Shown here: piece after piece, positions 1 through 9,032 of the stretch
Layout: each line of letters starts with the position of its first letter
Numbering within the stretch: position 1 is the stretch's first letter
Source of the DNA: Planctomycetales bacterium
Lineage (GTDB): Bacteria; Planctomycetota; Planctomycetia; Isosphaerales; Isosphaeraceae
Length of the DNA stretch: 54,311 nucleotides
Reading direction: 5' to 3'
Assembly: GCA_031411935.1 (NCBI GenBank)
Contig: JANOBY010000027.1
Coordinates: 1 to 54,311 of the forward strand
Position numbers and translations under genes: made by a program
The notes under the pieces: model-generated
Seen by the model: the letters and a program-made list of their open reading frames with translations, nothing else
Told to the model about the DNA's origin: nothing
The model's database searches: none

Positions 1-1150
1 ACGTGCTCGTGAACAGGAACGCCTCGGGGTCGTCCAGGAGGCCCCTCTGCCCGGCCTCTTCGAGGATCTCGCCCCAGCCCAGGCCGTCACTCGTCGGGTC
101 GTTCGCGACGGGCACCCATCCCCAGCGAGTCTGCGAGACGATCACCACCGCCAGGGCGACCGACAAGGCCGTGCAGACCGCCAGCCTTCGCGGGGTCGAG
201 GGCCGCTCCGACCATTCTCGGCCAAGAAGCGGGAAGGCAGGCAGGAACCCGATCAACGACCAGTGCGGGAGGACTTCCCGTCGCACAGCCACGAACAGGA
301 AGGCCACCAGGGGAGGCATGGCCTGCCAGAGCAAGAAGCGGTCGGTCACTTCGCGTCGCCTCAAGGCCCGCGCGAGGGCCACGACCAGCGCCGCCCAGAT
401 CCAGGGGAACAGATAGGCCATCTGCCCCGCGATCGATCCCAGCAGGCTCAGAGGTCGAATCGCGGTTCCCAGGGCCCGCTCCCCCTGGAAGGCGAACGAG
501 ATCCACCCGTGGGACGCGTTCCATGCGATCACCGGAGAGAACACCGCCGCCCCGATCGCGAACGCTACATAAGGGCCCGGCCGGGCGAGCCATCTCCGCC
601 GATCGCGGTCCGTCAGGAGAAATCCGAACGCGCCGACCGCCAGGAACACCGCCGAGTATTTGCTGAGCATAGCCCCGCCCCAGGCCAGGCCCGCCAGCCC
701 CCACCCGCGGAGCCTCGTCGGGTCGTCGCACGCCACGAGGAGCCGATCGATCGTCAGGAGCGAGAACGCCAGGAGCGGACCGTCGGGCAACGCCATGGTC
801 CCGACCGCCAGGCCATAATAAGCGGTCGCGTTGAGGGTCACTGCGGCGACTGCCCCTGCTTTTTCGCCATAAAGACGTGTGCCAACCCGGTACATTAACC
901 ACGTCGAAAGCGCAAACAGGAGGACAAAGCCGATCCTCAACGGCAAGGACGCCCCCGGCCCTCCCACGAGGACGCCCAGCCGGGCCACGATCGCGAGCAT
1001 GGGCGGGTGGTCGAAGTAGGACCAGTCGGGATGCGCCGCGAGCTGCGCGTAGTAGGCCTCGTCGTTCCCCACGCTCAGGCCCGAGGCCAGGGCCAGCCGC
1101 AGGACGGACGAGGCCAGGATCACGCCCGCGACCAGGGATCTTGGGGACAT
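1..1150 (-). CDS. GT-C fold membrane glycosyltransferase, ArnT/PMT_2 (GT39/GT83-like); N-terminal 383 aa, C-terminus lies off the left edge
   Basis: The minus frame starting at ATG 1150..1148 stays open to position 2, so it has no stop and is absent from the track. My translation is MSPRSLVAGVILASSVLRLALASGLSVGNDEAYYAQLAAHPDWSYFDHPPMLAIVARLG...LSKYSAVFLAVGAFGF.... It shows the DEAYY..FDHPP signature and the multi-TM pattern of ArnT-like enzymes. Track ORF 87..1238 is a different, R/P/G-rich frame. Confidence 0.8.
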   Translation of the reverse strand, partial: MSPRSLVAGVILASSVLRLALASGLSVGNDEAYYAQLAAHPDWSYFDHPPMLAIVARLGVLVGGPGASLPLRIGFVLLFALSTWLMYRVGTRLYGEKAGAVAAVTLNATAYYGLAVGTMALPDGPLLAFSLLTIDRLLVACDDPTRLRGWGLAGLAWGGAMLSKYSAVFLAVGAFGFLLTDRDRRRWLARPGPYVAFAIGAAVFSPVIAWNASHGWISFAFQGERALGTAIRPLSLLGSIAGQMAYLFPWIWAALVVALARALRRREVTDRFLLWQAMPPLVAFLFVAVRREVLPHWSLIGFLPAFPLLGREWSERPSTPRRLAVCTALSVALAVVIVSQTRWGWVPVANDPTSDGLGWGEILEEAGQRGLLDDPEAFLFTST

Positions 1151-1424
1151 GAGGGGGCCTCGTGGCGGGTCGCGGGGGGCCGTTTCCGGGCGATCCTGCC
1201 CGATAACTTCCACTACCGGGACGATCCGTGCCGATCATAACGAGTGGGCTTGGCGTGGCGAGGCCAATCCTTGGCCCCTCGCGCCGCTCGTCCAGGACGG
1301 GCGATGCGTCGAGCGCTCTTGCCGGTTTTGCGACCCCCTGCTAGATTCCCGCGCGGCGAGGTGCCCGAGAGGGTCTCCACTGCACGTCGGCGGGTTTCCT
1401 GCGTTCCCGGAGCTGGCTCTCCCC

Positions 1425-2054
1425 ATGATCACGACCCGTCAAAAGACCATCCTGCGTCGCGTGGGGCTTGCGGCCTTGCTGCTCCTGATCTGCCAGCAGG
1501 TCTGGCGTCATGGGCATGATTACGTGTTCGCGGACAAGTTCTACGAGGTCGAGCCGGGCAAGATCTACCGCGGGGCCTGGCAGCAGGAATGGCCCATGAG
1601 GCGCATCATCCGCGACCAGAAGATCAAGACCATCGTGGCCCTGGCGCACACCCCGCAGGATCCCCTGTCCGTCAAGGAGAAGGCCCTGGCCGACGAGACC
1701 GGCTCGAAGTGGGTGCACATCCCGATCGTCGAGCAGCACGAGCGGACCGCCAAGCTCGCCGACAGCGTGAACGACCAGCTGGAGAAGGCCGCGGCCATCA
1801 TCGCCGATCCTGCGAACCAACCGGTGTACTTCCACTGCCACCACGGGGTGAACCGCGCCTCGATGGTCCAGATCGCCTATCGCACCATGTATTGCGGGTG
1901 GACGCTGGATAGGGCGACTGCCGAGGTGGCCGACACCTTCGGCCTCGTGAGCGTGAGCAAGGGCCCCGACTACCGGCACATGACTCGGTTCTATGAGGAG
2001 CGGGTCCTGCCCCGACGCGCCCAGACCGCCTCATCCCCCCTTATCCGCCGATAA
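1425..2054 (+). CDS. membrane-anchored Cys-based (PTP/dual-specificity fold) phosphatase
   Basis: This is track ORF 1149..2054 with the start moved to ATG 1425 (MITTRQKTILRRVGLAALLLLIC, a TM anchor). The P-loop FHCHHGVNRAS matches HCX5R(S/T). Confidence 0.75.
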   Translation: MITTRQKTILRRVGLAALLLLICQQVWRHGHDYVFADKFYEVEPGKIYRGAWQQEWPMRRIIRDQKIKTIVALAHTPQDPLSVKEKALADETGSKWVHIPIVEQHERTAKLADSVNDQLEKAAAIIADPANQPVYFHCHHGVNRASMVQIAYRTMYCGWTLDRATAEVADTFGLVSVSKGPDYRHMTRFYEERVLPRRAQTASSPLIRR

Positions 2055-2155
2055 TCCGGGGCGAATCTGGCGAAGAAGACACGCCCCGCGACGAATCCCT
2101 CTCGCCCCGCACGTCTCAGACGATTCTGGGCGAAGGGCGAGGAGGGTCGCGGACC

Positions 2156-2350
2156 ATGGTCGTACGGTTTGAGGTCTTCTCGAGCGAGTGGGAGAACTGG
2201 GAAAAGATCTTCGGACGGGCCGCGAAGTTCGCCACCGAGGTCGGGCCCGAGCGTTTGATCGGGATCTCGCACAGTGAAAGCCCCACGCACAAGGGCGTGG
2301 TCACGGTATGGTACTGGGACAAAGAGGGTTACGATCCCGACCTTTCTTGA
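2156..2350 (+). CDS. small hypothetical protein (64 aa)
   Basis: It has an ATG start and a balanced, non-R/P/G composition (MVVRFEVFSSEWENWEKIFGRAAKFATEVG...WYWDKEGYDPDLS). I recognise no family. Confidence 0.45.
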   Translation: MVVRFEVFSSEWENWEKIFGRAAKFATEVGPERLIGISHSESPTHKGVVTVWYWDKEGYDPDLS

Positions 2351-2398
2351 AGTCGCTTTCGTCCCCATGTCGATGCAGCGCTTCGTGGTCGGGTTTAC

Positions 2399-2427
2399 TT
2401 GATTCCCGTCCTAGCTTGTTTACAATG
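2399..2427 (+). promoter_or_regulatory. sigma70-like promoter candidate upstream of the GNAT gene
   Basis: TTGATT (2399..2404), a 17-nt spacer, then TACAAT (2422..2427). It lies about 100 nt upstream of the TTG start at 2526. Confidence 0.35.
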
Positions 2428-2525
2428 TACGGTTCGCCCCAGAGGGCCACGGAACGTCTCCGCGGTCGGGCTGGGCTGAGGCAAGAACGTCTGGGCCAAC
2501 GCCCGGAGTTTGGGGGTATCCTCGA

Positions 2526-3032
2526 TTGAACATCCGCCACGCCCGTGTCAGCGACGTCCCGGCGATCTGCGACCTGATCCGCGTCTTCGCTGACCGAAAG
2601 CTCATGATCCGTCGTTCGTTGGGGGAGCTTTACGAGTCGATCCGCGAATTCCTCGTGGCGACCGACGACGACGGGAAGATCCTGGGCTGTGCTGCCCTTC
2701 ACGTGTTCTGGGACGATCTGGCCGAGTTGAAATGCCTGGCCGTGTCCGAAGAAGCGCAGGGCCAGGGGGTAGGCAGGAAACTTGTCGAGGCCTGCTGGAG
2801 CGCGGCGCACGAGCTGGAGATCCAGTCGGTCTTCACGCTCACCTACGTGGCCGATTTCTTCGAGAAGTGCGGCTATCAGCGGATCGAGAAGTCGGAGCTC
2901 CCTCACAAGATCTGGAATGAGTGCGTGCGCTGCCCGCTCTTCCCGAACTGCAACGAGGTGGCCCTGATCCGCTCGGTCGACGACAAGGCGGGCTCGCTGG
3001 CCGAGTCGGATCTGGCAGTCGTGGTGGCCTGA
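2526..3032 (+). CDS. GNAT N-acetyltransferase, short ArgA-like (amino-acid N-acetyltransferase type)
   Basis: TTG start. The acetyl-CoA motif is QGQGVGRKLVEAC. The C-terminal tail HKIWNECVRCPLFPNCNEVAL is typical of short N-acetylglutamate-synthase-like GNATs. Confidence 0.7.
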   Translation: MNIRHARVSDVPAICDLIRVFADRKLMIRRSLGELYESIREFLVATDDDGKILGCAALHVFWDDLAELKCLAVSEEAQGQGVGRKLVEACWSAAHELEIQSVFTLTYVADFFEKCGYQRIEKSELPHKIWNECVRCPLFPNCNEVALIRSVDDKAGSLAESDLAVVVA

Positions 3033-3076
3033 ACCTCGCGGATGATCGCCGCAGGCCGGTCGAGGGAGCCGGGACC

Positions 3077-4792
3077 ATGACCGATCGTCCGGGCTCAGCA
3101 TGGAAAAAGGCGGCGGCGGCCCTCGGGGTCGTCGCCGCAACGCTTGCGCTCATGATTGCGACCGAGCCCAGGCTCTCCATGGGCTGGGACGAAGGTTACG
3201 GGCTCGCCCGCGAGGCGAGAGTGCGCCTCTGGTTCGAGCTGATCGTCCGGCCCCTGAAGCCCGAACAACCCTGGCCGCCCCCATGGACCCGGGCCGAGCT
3301 GGTCGAGGACAAGCGGCCCGTGCCCGGTCGAGACCGGGTAGAGACCCGTTCCGCGCTGCTCTCGCCCGGGGCCATCGCCTGGTTCTGGCCGTTCGCGCGT
3401 GAGGAGCCGCACGGGCATCCGCCGTTCTATGCCCTGGTCGGGCTCATGGGAGACCTCCTCGCGCCGCGATGGGCGGATCTGCCCCGGGCTCGGCTCGGCC
3501 CCATGATCGTGTTCAGCCTGGCCGCCGGGGCGATCTTCGCGGCCACGAGAAGCCGATGGGGAATCTGGCCAGCGGCCCTCGCGACGGGGGCCTGGGCGCT
3601 GCAGCCACAGCTTTTCGCGCTCGGACATTATGCCGCCTACGATGGAATCCTCACATCGTTGTGGGTCGGGGCGATCCTTGTGTTCGCGTCGGCGGTCGAG
3701 CCCTCGGGGAACTGGCTCAGCGGGGCTGAACCTCGCTGGCGGTGGGTCCTCGCGTTCGGGGTGTTGTGCGGGTGGGCTGCGGATACAAAATTCACCGGGT
3801 GGTTCCTGCCCCTTCCCTTCGTGGCGTGGGCGCTGATCTCCAGGAGCCGTCGAGGATTCTGGACCCTCGCGGTCGGGGGGTTGATCGCAGCGCTCACCCT
3901 CTTCCTCTTCAATCCCGTCTGGTGGTCGGATCCCGTCGGGGGCCTCATCCTGTTCTTCCGATCCAACCTGTCCCGCGGCAAGACGATCCCGATCCCGGTC
4001 CTGTTCCTCGGCCAGGTGATCTACACGCCGAACCAGTCGCTCCCGTGGTTCAATACGCTTCTCTGGACTGCGATCGCCACGCCCGTGGGGTTCTTGCTCT
4101 TCGCGATCGTGGGGGCCGTGCGTTCGCTGTTCAGGGGACGCGACACGCTGGCGACCCTGACCGCGAGCCAGTGGGCGTTCCTCCTGCTGCTCAGGGCCAT
4201 GCCCCACACGCCGGGGCACGACGGGATCCGCCAGTTCTTGCCTGCGTTCGGATGCCTGGCGATCGTCGCGGGCGCGGGGGCGGCCCTGGCCCTGTCACGA
4301 TGGAAAACATGGGGCCGGGTCCTCGTCACGCTCGCCCTCTGCGAGGGCGCGGTGAGCCTGGCTCTGATCATGCCGGTCCCATTGTCTTACTTCAGCCCCA
4401 TCGTGGGCGGACTGCCGGGCGCGGCGAAGATCGGGATGGAGCCGACCTATTTCTGGGATGCCTTGACCGGGGAAGCCCTGGAGCGTCTTCGCGAGACCAC
4501 GCCGCCGGGTCGGACCGTCCGGTTCGCGACGTTCCCGACCTCGTGGGTCCACCTACGCAGGACGGGCGTGATGGAATTCGGCGTGTACCCGATCGATCCC
4601 GGCCCCCCGGCCTGGTACGTGGTCCAGAACCGTCCGGGGCAGTTCGGGCCGCTTGATCGGGCCCTCGTCCGCAGGGCTCAAGCTCGCCATGTTCTGGTGG
4701 AGAAGTTCGGGGTGCCGCTGGTCTGGGCCTTCCCTTATGATGAGGTGTCAACGCTGACCGGAGAGGCGGACGCACGCAGAGGGGCACCATGA
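3077..4792 (+). CDS. GT-C fold membrane glycosyltransferase (GT39/PMT_2-like)
   Basis: This is track ORF 2921..4792 with the start moved to ATG 3077 (MTDRPGSAWKK..). It has many TM helices and the motif EEPHGHPPFYALVG. It is a paralogue of the next gene. Confidence 0.7.
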   Translation: MTDRPGSAWKKAAAALGVVAATLALMIATEPRLSMGWDEGYGLAREARVRLWFELIVRPLKPEQPWPPPWTRAELVEDKRPVPGRDRVETRSALLSPGAIAWFWPFAREEPHGHPPFYALVGLMGDLLAPRWADLPRARLGPMIVFSLAAGAIFAATRSRWGIWPAALATGAWALQPQLFALGHYAAYDGILTSLWVGAILVFASAVEPSGNWLSGAEPRWRWVLAFGVLCGWAADTKFTGWFLPLPFVAWALISRSRRGFWTLAVGGLIAALTLFLFNPVWWSDPVGGLILFFRSNLSRGKTIPIPVLFLGQVIYTPNQSLPWFNTLLWTAIATPVGFLLFAIVGAVRSLFRGRDTLATLTASQWAFLLLLRAMPHTPGHDGIRQFLPAFGCLAIVAGAGAALALSRWKTWGRVLVTLALCEGAVSLALIMPVPLSYFSPIVGGLPGAAKIGMEPTYFWDALTGEALERLRETTPPGRTVRFATFPTSWVHLRRTGVMEFGVYPIDPGPPAWYVVQNRPGQFGPLDRALVRRAQARHVLVEKFGVPLVWAFPYDEVSTLTGEADARRGAP

Positions 4793-7107
4793 TCGGGTTG
4801 TCGGGCAAGAGGTGGTGGATCGCCACCGGTTTCGTGTTCCTGGCCACCCTGGTCATCACCATGCCGAGCGTGGGCGACTTCGGGTACACGTACGACGAGC
4901 CCGCCTATCGTCACAGCCAGATGGTCTCCCAGCAATGGTGGGAACGCCTCGCCAAGGGCGAGGTGGCGGCGATCCTCGAGCCCGACGCCCTGCTCTACTA
5001 CTGGCCCTATGGTCGCCACGGGATCAATTTCCACCCCCCACTGGCCGGCCAGCTCAACCTCCTGACCTACGGCCTCTTCGGTCGGTTCGTGCAGGACGTC
5101 CCCGCGCGTCGGCTGGCCTCGGTGTTCGAGTTCGCGATCACGGTCACGGCCCTGTTCGGATTCCTCGCGAGGCGCTACGGAGGATGGTGCGGGCTCGTGG
5201 CCGCCGGCTCCCTGCTCCTCATGCCGAGGCTTTACGGCCAGGCCCACCTGATCGACACCGACACGCCGGGACTCCTGATCTGGGCGCTCGCCACGTCCGC
5301 GTTCTGGAAGGGCCTGCACGAGGAGCGGGCGGGCCTCTGGCGAGTCCTCGTGGGCGTGCTCGTGGGGCTGGCGTTCGTCGAGAAGATGGGGGCCGTACTG
5401 GTCGTCCTGCCGATCCTGGCCTGGCTCGCGTTCACCTCTCTGCCCGGGGCGTTGAAGCGTCTCGGCGGATCGAGCCGCGACACCGCGACCTGGGTCGATG
5501 GCGTGGCGACCTCGGCGCTCATGCTCGCCCCGCTGGCCTTGGCGTACGCGGAGATTCGCCGCCTTTCTGTGGCCTACCTCACGCTCCAGAGCGCGATCGG
5601 GGTGCCGGCCAATGATCTCACGCCGGCGCGGACGGACCTCTTCCGCGATCATCCGACGACGTGGATGCCCGGAGGAATTCTGCTCCTGCCTCTGGCCATC
5701 TGGGTGGTGAGGAGGCTCCTGGGACGCCTCCTCCGGAAGAGCCCCTTCTGGGGCCCCGAGCGCCCGGCCCTGGAGACCTGGACCGCGATCCTGGCCTTCG
5801 GCCCCGCGATCGCCTGGCTGGGCAACCCCGCGTGGTGGCGCGAGGCCCTGCCCCGGCTCGCGCATTATTATTCGATCAGCACCGCCCGGCGGGGCGTCCT
5901 GCCCGACATCCAGATCATCTATTTCGGCCAGATCTACGAGTACAGCCTGCCCTGGCACAATGCCTGGGTGCTGATCGGCATCACGGTCCCCGTGATGACC
6001 CTGTTTGCCGCGATCGCGGGGCTTTTCGTGGCCCCTTGGCGAGATTCCCTGCCCCGGTTCTTCCTGCTCAACCTCGTGACCTTGCCGCTGATGCGGATGT
6101 TCCCCACGCCGGCCCATGACGGGGTGCGCCTGTTCCTCCCGACCTTCCTTTACCTGTCCGCCTTCGCCGGTTGGGGGGTGATCGGGCTGGCGGGGAGGTT
6201 CCGGAACCCCTCCTGGCGGCCCATCCTCGCGAACCTGGTGTTGTTGCCTTCGGCCTGGGCGTTGATCAACATCCACCCTTACGAGCTCTCGTTCTACAAC
6301 GCGCTGATCGGGGGGCCCGAGGGGGCCTGGCATGCGGGATTCGAGCTTTCGTACTGGTATGACGCGTACACGGATAAGTCTCTGAAGGAGCTGAACCGGC
6401 TCCTGCCCGAGAATGCCAACCTGGCGTTCGCGAACGTGAAGTCGTCGCCCGACATGATCCCCGAGGAGCTCCAGGCCCTGGGCAAGCTGCGCGGCGACCT
6501 GAGGTTCGAGGCCGGCAAGGGCCTGCCCTTCATGTGGCTCCTCACGCACGACTCCAAGGCCGACTGCTTCTCACGACTCCTGTTCGGGATGGTGCCCTGG
6601 TATGCGGTCGAGCCCGAGCAGTTGACGAAGGCTCGGGTGGCCACCGTCTGCCATCCTGAGGCCGTGTCGCGGGCCTGGGCCCTGCAGCTCCTGCTCGACA
6701 AGGAATCTCCGAAACGACCGGAGCCCCCCGCCGCGCCCGTGTGGGTCCGAACCTACGCGCCCTTGCTTGCGAGGCTCTGGGGGGAAGGTGTGACGAAGGC
6801 CCCGCCTCTGGCCATCAACGAGGAGGTCCTTTCCTGGGGCAAGGAAGACCCCGACTCGCTCGTGGCCGCGGCGCAATGGGTCGCCCAGCACGGCCATGGC
6901 GACGGTTCGGCCCCGGCCCGGAGGCTCATGGACGTCCTGAACCGCTATCCGGGCCGGGCCGCGGTCCTCCTTCAGGCTCGGCCGAGGGCGCTCGTGGAAG
7001 CCGTGACCATCATCATCAGCGAGCCGGAACGCCTCCGAAACGTGGTCCTGAGGCAGGGCTACTCCGACCTCCGCAGACTCGGCCGGTCGTTGGACGCTGA
7101 CATGTAA
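4789..7107 (+). CDS. GT-C fold membrane glycosyltransferase (GT39/PMT_2-like) with a large C-terminal soluble domain
   Basis: Its ATG overlaps the preceding stop (ATGA at 4789..4792). Motifs are YTYDEPAY and INFHPPLAGQLNLL. The N-terminal half is multi-TM. Confidence 0.75.
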   Translation: MIGLSGKRWWIATGFVFLATLVITMPSVGDFGYTYDEPAYRHSQMVSQQWWERLAKGEVAAILEPDALLYYWPYGRHGINFHPPLAGQLNLLTYGLFGRFVQDVPARRLASVFEFAITVTALFGFLARRYGGWCGLVAAGSLLLMPRLYGQAHLIDTDTPGLLIWALATSAFWKGLHEERAGLWRVLVGVLVGLAFVEKMGAVLVVLPILAWLAFTSLPGALKRLGGSSRDTATWVDGVATSALMLAPLALAYAEIRRLSVAYLTLQSAIGVPANDLTPARTDLFRDHPTTWMPGGILLLPLAIWVVRRLLGRLLRKSPFWGPERPALETWTAILAFGPAIAWLGNPAWWREALPRLAHYYSISTARRGVLPDIQIIYFGQIYEYSLPWHNAWVLIGITVPVMTLFAAIAGLFVAPWRDSLPRFFLLNLVTLPLMRMFPTPAHDGVRLFLPTFLYLSAFAGWGVIGLAGRFRNPSWRPILANLVLLPSAWALINIHPYELSFYNALIGGPEGAWHAGFELSYWYDAYTDKSLKELNRLLPENANLAFANVKSSPDMIPEELQALGKLRGDLRFEAGKGLPFMWLLTHDSKADCFSRLLFGMVPWYAVEPEQLTKARVATVCHPEAVSRAWALQLLLDKESPKRPEPPAAPVWVRTYAPLLARLWGEGVTKAPPLAINEEVLSWGKEDPDSLVAAAQWVAQHGHGDGSAPARRLMDVLNRYPGRAAVLLQARPRALVEAVTIIISEPERLRNVVLRQGYSDLRRLGRSLDADM

Positions 7108-7122
7108 GGTCCGAGGGCTCGC

Positions 7123-8829
7123 TCAGGCCAGGGTGTCCATCGCCCCGGTCCCGTGCGGCTCTCCGCGATGGGCCGGAAGCTCGATCACGAATTGCGCCCC
7201 CTGGCCGACCGTGGACGTGACGACGATTTGCCCCCCATGCTCGCGGACGATTTTCTGCGACACCGGGAGCCCCAGCCCCGTCCCTCGCGAGCCCTTGGTC
7301 GAGGAGAAGACCCCGAAGATCGTCGCCAGGTTCTCCTCGGCGATCCCCACGCCGTTGTCGGACACCACCACGCGGGCCGTGGACGCGGAGTCGTCCCAGG
7401 CGGTCGAGACCGAGACCCTTGCGCCTGCGGCCTCTTCCGAGGCGTCGATCGCGTTGGTCACGATGTTCAGGACCGCGCGATGGATGCCTTCCGGGTCGAG
7501 CTCGAGCTTCGGCAGGTCGGCCGACGGGCTCCACTCCAGCTCGACGCCCAGCTCCGAGGCGCGAGACTGCATGAGCTCGACCACCTCGGCCACGATCTCG
7601 TTCAGGTCCGTCACCTCGAGCGCCGGCTCGCGTTCCTTGGAGAACGAGAGCATGTCCATCACGAGGTTGTAGATCTTGCCCTGATTCTTCTCGACGATCG
7701 TCCAGCCCTTGCGGACCACGGCGTCATCCCCGCCGTTCAGCCCCATCTCGATCAGGTAGGACCCGCCCTTCACGCCCTGGAGGATGTTCTTGATGTGGTG
7801 CGACAAAGTGGCGATCGTCTGCCCGACGGCGGCCAGTCGCTCGGCCTGGAGCTTGTCCTCGTAGAAGGCCGTGTTCTCGATGGCCAGCCCCGCCTGGTGG
7901 CCGATCGCCACCATGAGCGTCAGGTGGTCCTTCGAGAACCGGCTCTTCCGCACGGGGTCCCCCGCCGGCGAGGAGACGAAGTCGTTGGCCGATCGGACAT
8001 CGGCATAGAGCACGCCCAGGGTCGTGTGGCGCCCCTGGATCGGGACGCAGATGGCCTCGCGGATCGCGTAATCGACGATCGACTCCGAGGGCCCGAACCG
8101 GGTGTCGCCCGAGGCGTCGGAGGTGATCACGCCCTCGCCCCGCTCTCGCACGTGATCGACGATCGTCCGCGAGATGGTCATGCGCTCGTGAGGATCGTCG
8201 TCCTGGCCTCGCCAGAGCACGGCCTTGGGCTGGAGCTCCCCGGCGGTGTCCGTCAGGAGGATGGCCCCGCGGTCCGCGCCGATCGAGTCGAACACCAGTT
8301 GCAGGATCTGCGGGAGGAGCGCATCCACGTCAATCACGTGGCTGATCGCCTGCGTGGCCTGGTAGAGGACGGCCAGGTTGGCGAGCCGGACCTTGAGCCA
8401 TTCCCCCGCCGATCCCGGGGCCTCGAGCACGCGCGAGCCCTCGCCCGCGGGGATGCTCCGGATGATGGCCGATCGGTCCTCGGGGCTCGTCCGGGCGAGC
8501 AGGTCCACACGCGCCGTGAGGTCTCTCTCGGGCGAGGGGCCGGTGTCGCTGAAGAGCATGACGGTCTGGCCGACCCTCAGCTGATCTCCCGTACGCAGAG
8601 GGGCCTGGTCGATCTGCCTCCCGTTGACGAACGTGCCGTTGGCCGAGCCCAGGTCCACCACGCGGTAGCCCTCGGTCTCGCCGGGGCGGACCTCGGCGTG
8701 ACGGCGAGAGACCTCGCTGTCGTGGAGCCTCACCGGGTTGGATCCGTCGCGGCCCAGGGCCATCGGTCGAGACTTCAGCTCGAACCGCTTCCCCTGATCG
8801 GACCCCTGGATCACAAACAGCGAGGCCAC
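7123..8829 (-). CDS. FHA-GAF-histidine kinase (HisKA + HATPase_c)
   Basis: The N-terminus GRDGSNPVRLHDSEVSRRHAEV...GSANGTFVNG is an FHA domain. The central region is GAF-like. The H-box is LSHHIKNILQG. The C-terminal N/G boxes are NAIDAS...DNGVGI...GTGLGL. Confidence 0.85.
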   Translation of the reverse strand: MASLFVIQGSDQGKRFELKSRPMALGRDGSNPVRLHDSEVSRRHAEVRPGETEGYRVVDLGSANGTFVNGRQIDQAPLRTGDQLRVGQTVMLFSDTGPSPERDLTARVDLLARTSPEDRSAIIRSIPAGEGSRVLEAPGSAGEWLKVRLANLAVLYQATQAISHVIDVDALLPQILQLVFDSIGADRGAILLTDTAGELQPKAVLWRGQDDDPHERMTISRTIVDHVRERGEGVITSDASGDTRFGPSESIVDYAIREAICVPIQGRHTTLGVLYADVRSANDFVSSPAGDPVRKSRFSKDHLTLMVAIGHQAGLAIENTAFYEDKLQAERLAAVGQTIATLSHHIKNILQGVKGGSYLIEMGLNGGDDAVVRKGWTIVEKNQGKIYNLVMDMLSFSKEREPALEVTDLNEIVAEVVELMQSRASELGVELEWSPSADLPKLELDPEGIHRAVLNIVTNAIDASEEAAGARVSVSTAWDDSASTARVVVSDNGVGIAEENLATIFGVFSSTKGSRGTGLGLPVSQKIVREHGGQIVVTSTVGQGAQFVIELPAHRGEPHGTGAMDTLA

Positions 8830-9032
8830 GTGACATCCCCCCCTAAAATTGCCCGGTCGGCTTCACGGGTCGAGCCTAACCGCGTGCGCCGTGAGCGTCA
8901 ACCTTCGCACCGAGGCCCCGGCGCGGTGGGGGCATCCCCCTCTGGCTGGTCGTCGCCCCGATCTGATACCTTCTGTGCCACCGCGTGGTCGCGATCTCAG
9001 GACGCTCCTCGACCGCTCCAAGGACACGAATC

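Noticed and set aside
87-1238. 383-aa minus-strand track ORF, plus the 3..416, 263..898 and 877..1152 plus-strand ORFs.
   Set aside because: Their composition is extremely R/P/G-rich. A different minus frame over the same DNA gives a clean ArnT-like membrane protein, so these are shadows of that GC-rich gene.
4735-6549. 604-aa ORF antisense to the GT-C gene. The same class includes 7153..9036 (+), 8997..10463 (-), 35065..36573 (-), 37245..39191 (-), 41516..42991 (-), 43289..45568 (+), 45637..46746 (+), 48885..50510 (+) and 52095..53975 (+).
   Set aside because: All lie antisense to genes with clear family motifs. They are dominated by R, G, P, D, E and H, and none carries a recognisable motif. 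Long stop-free antisense frames are expected at this GC content.
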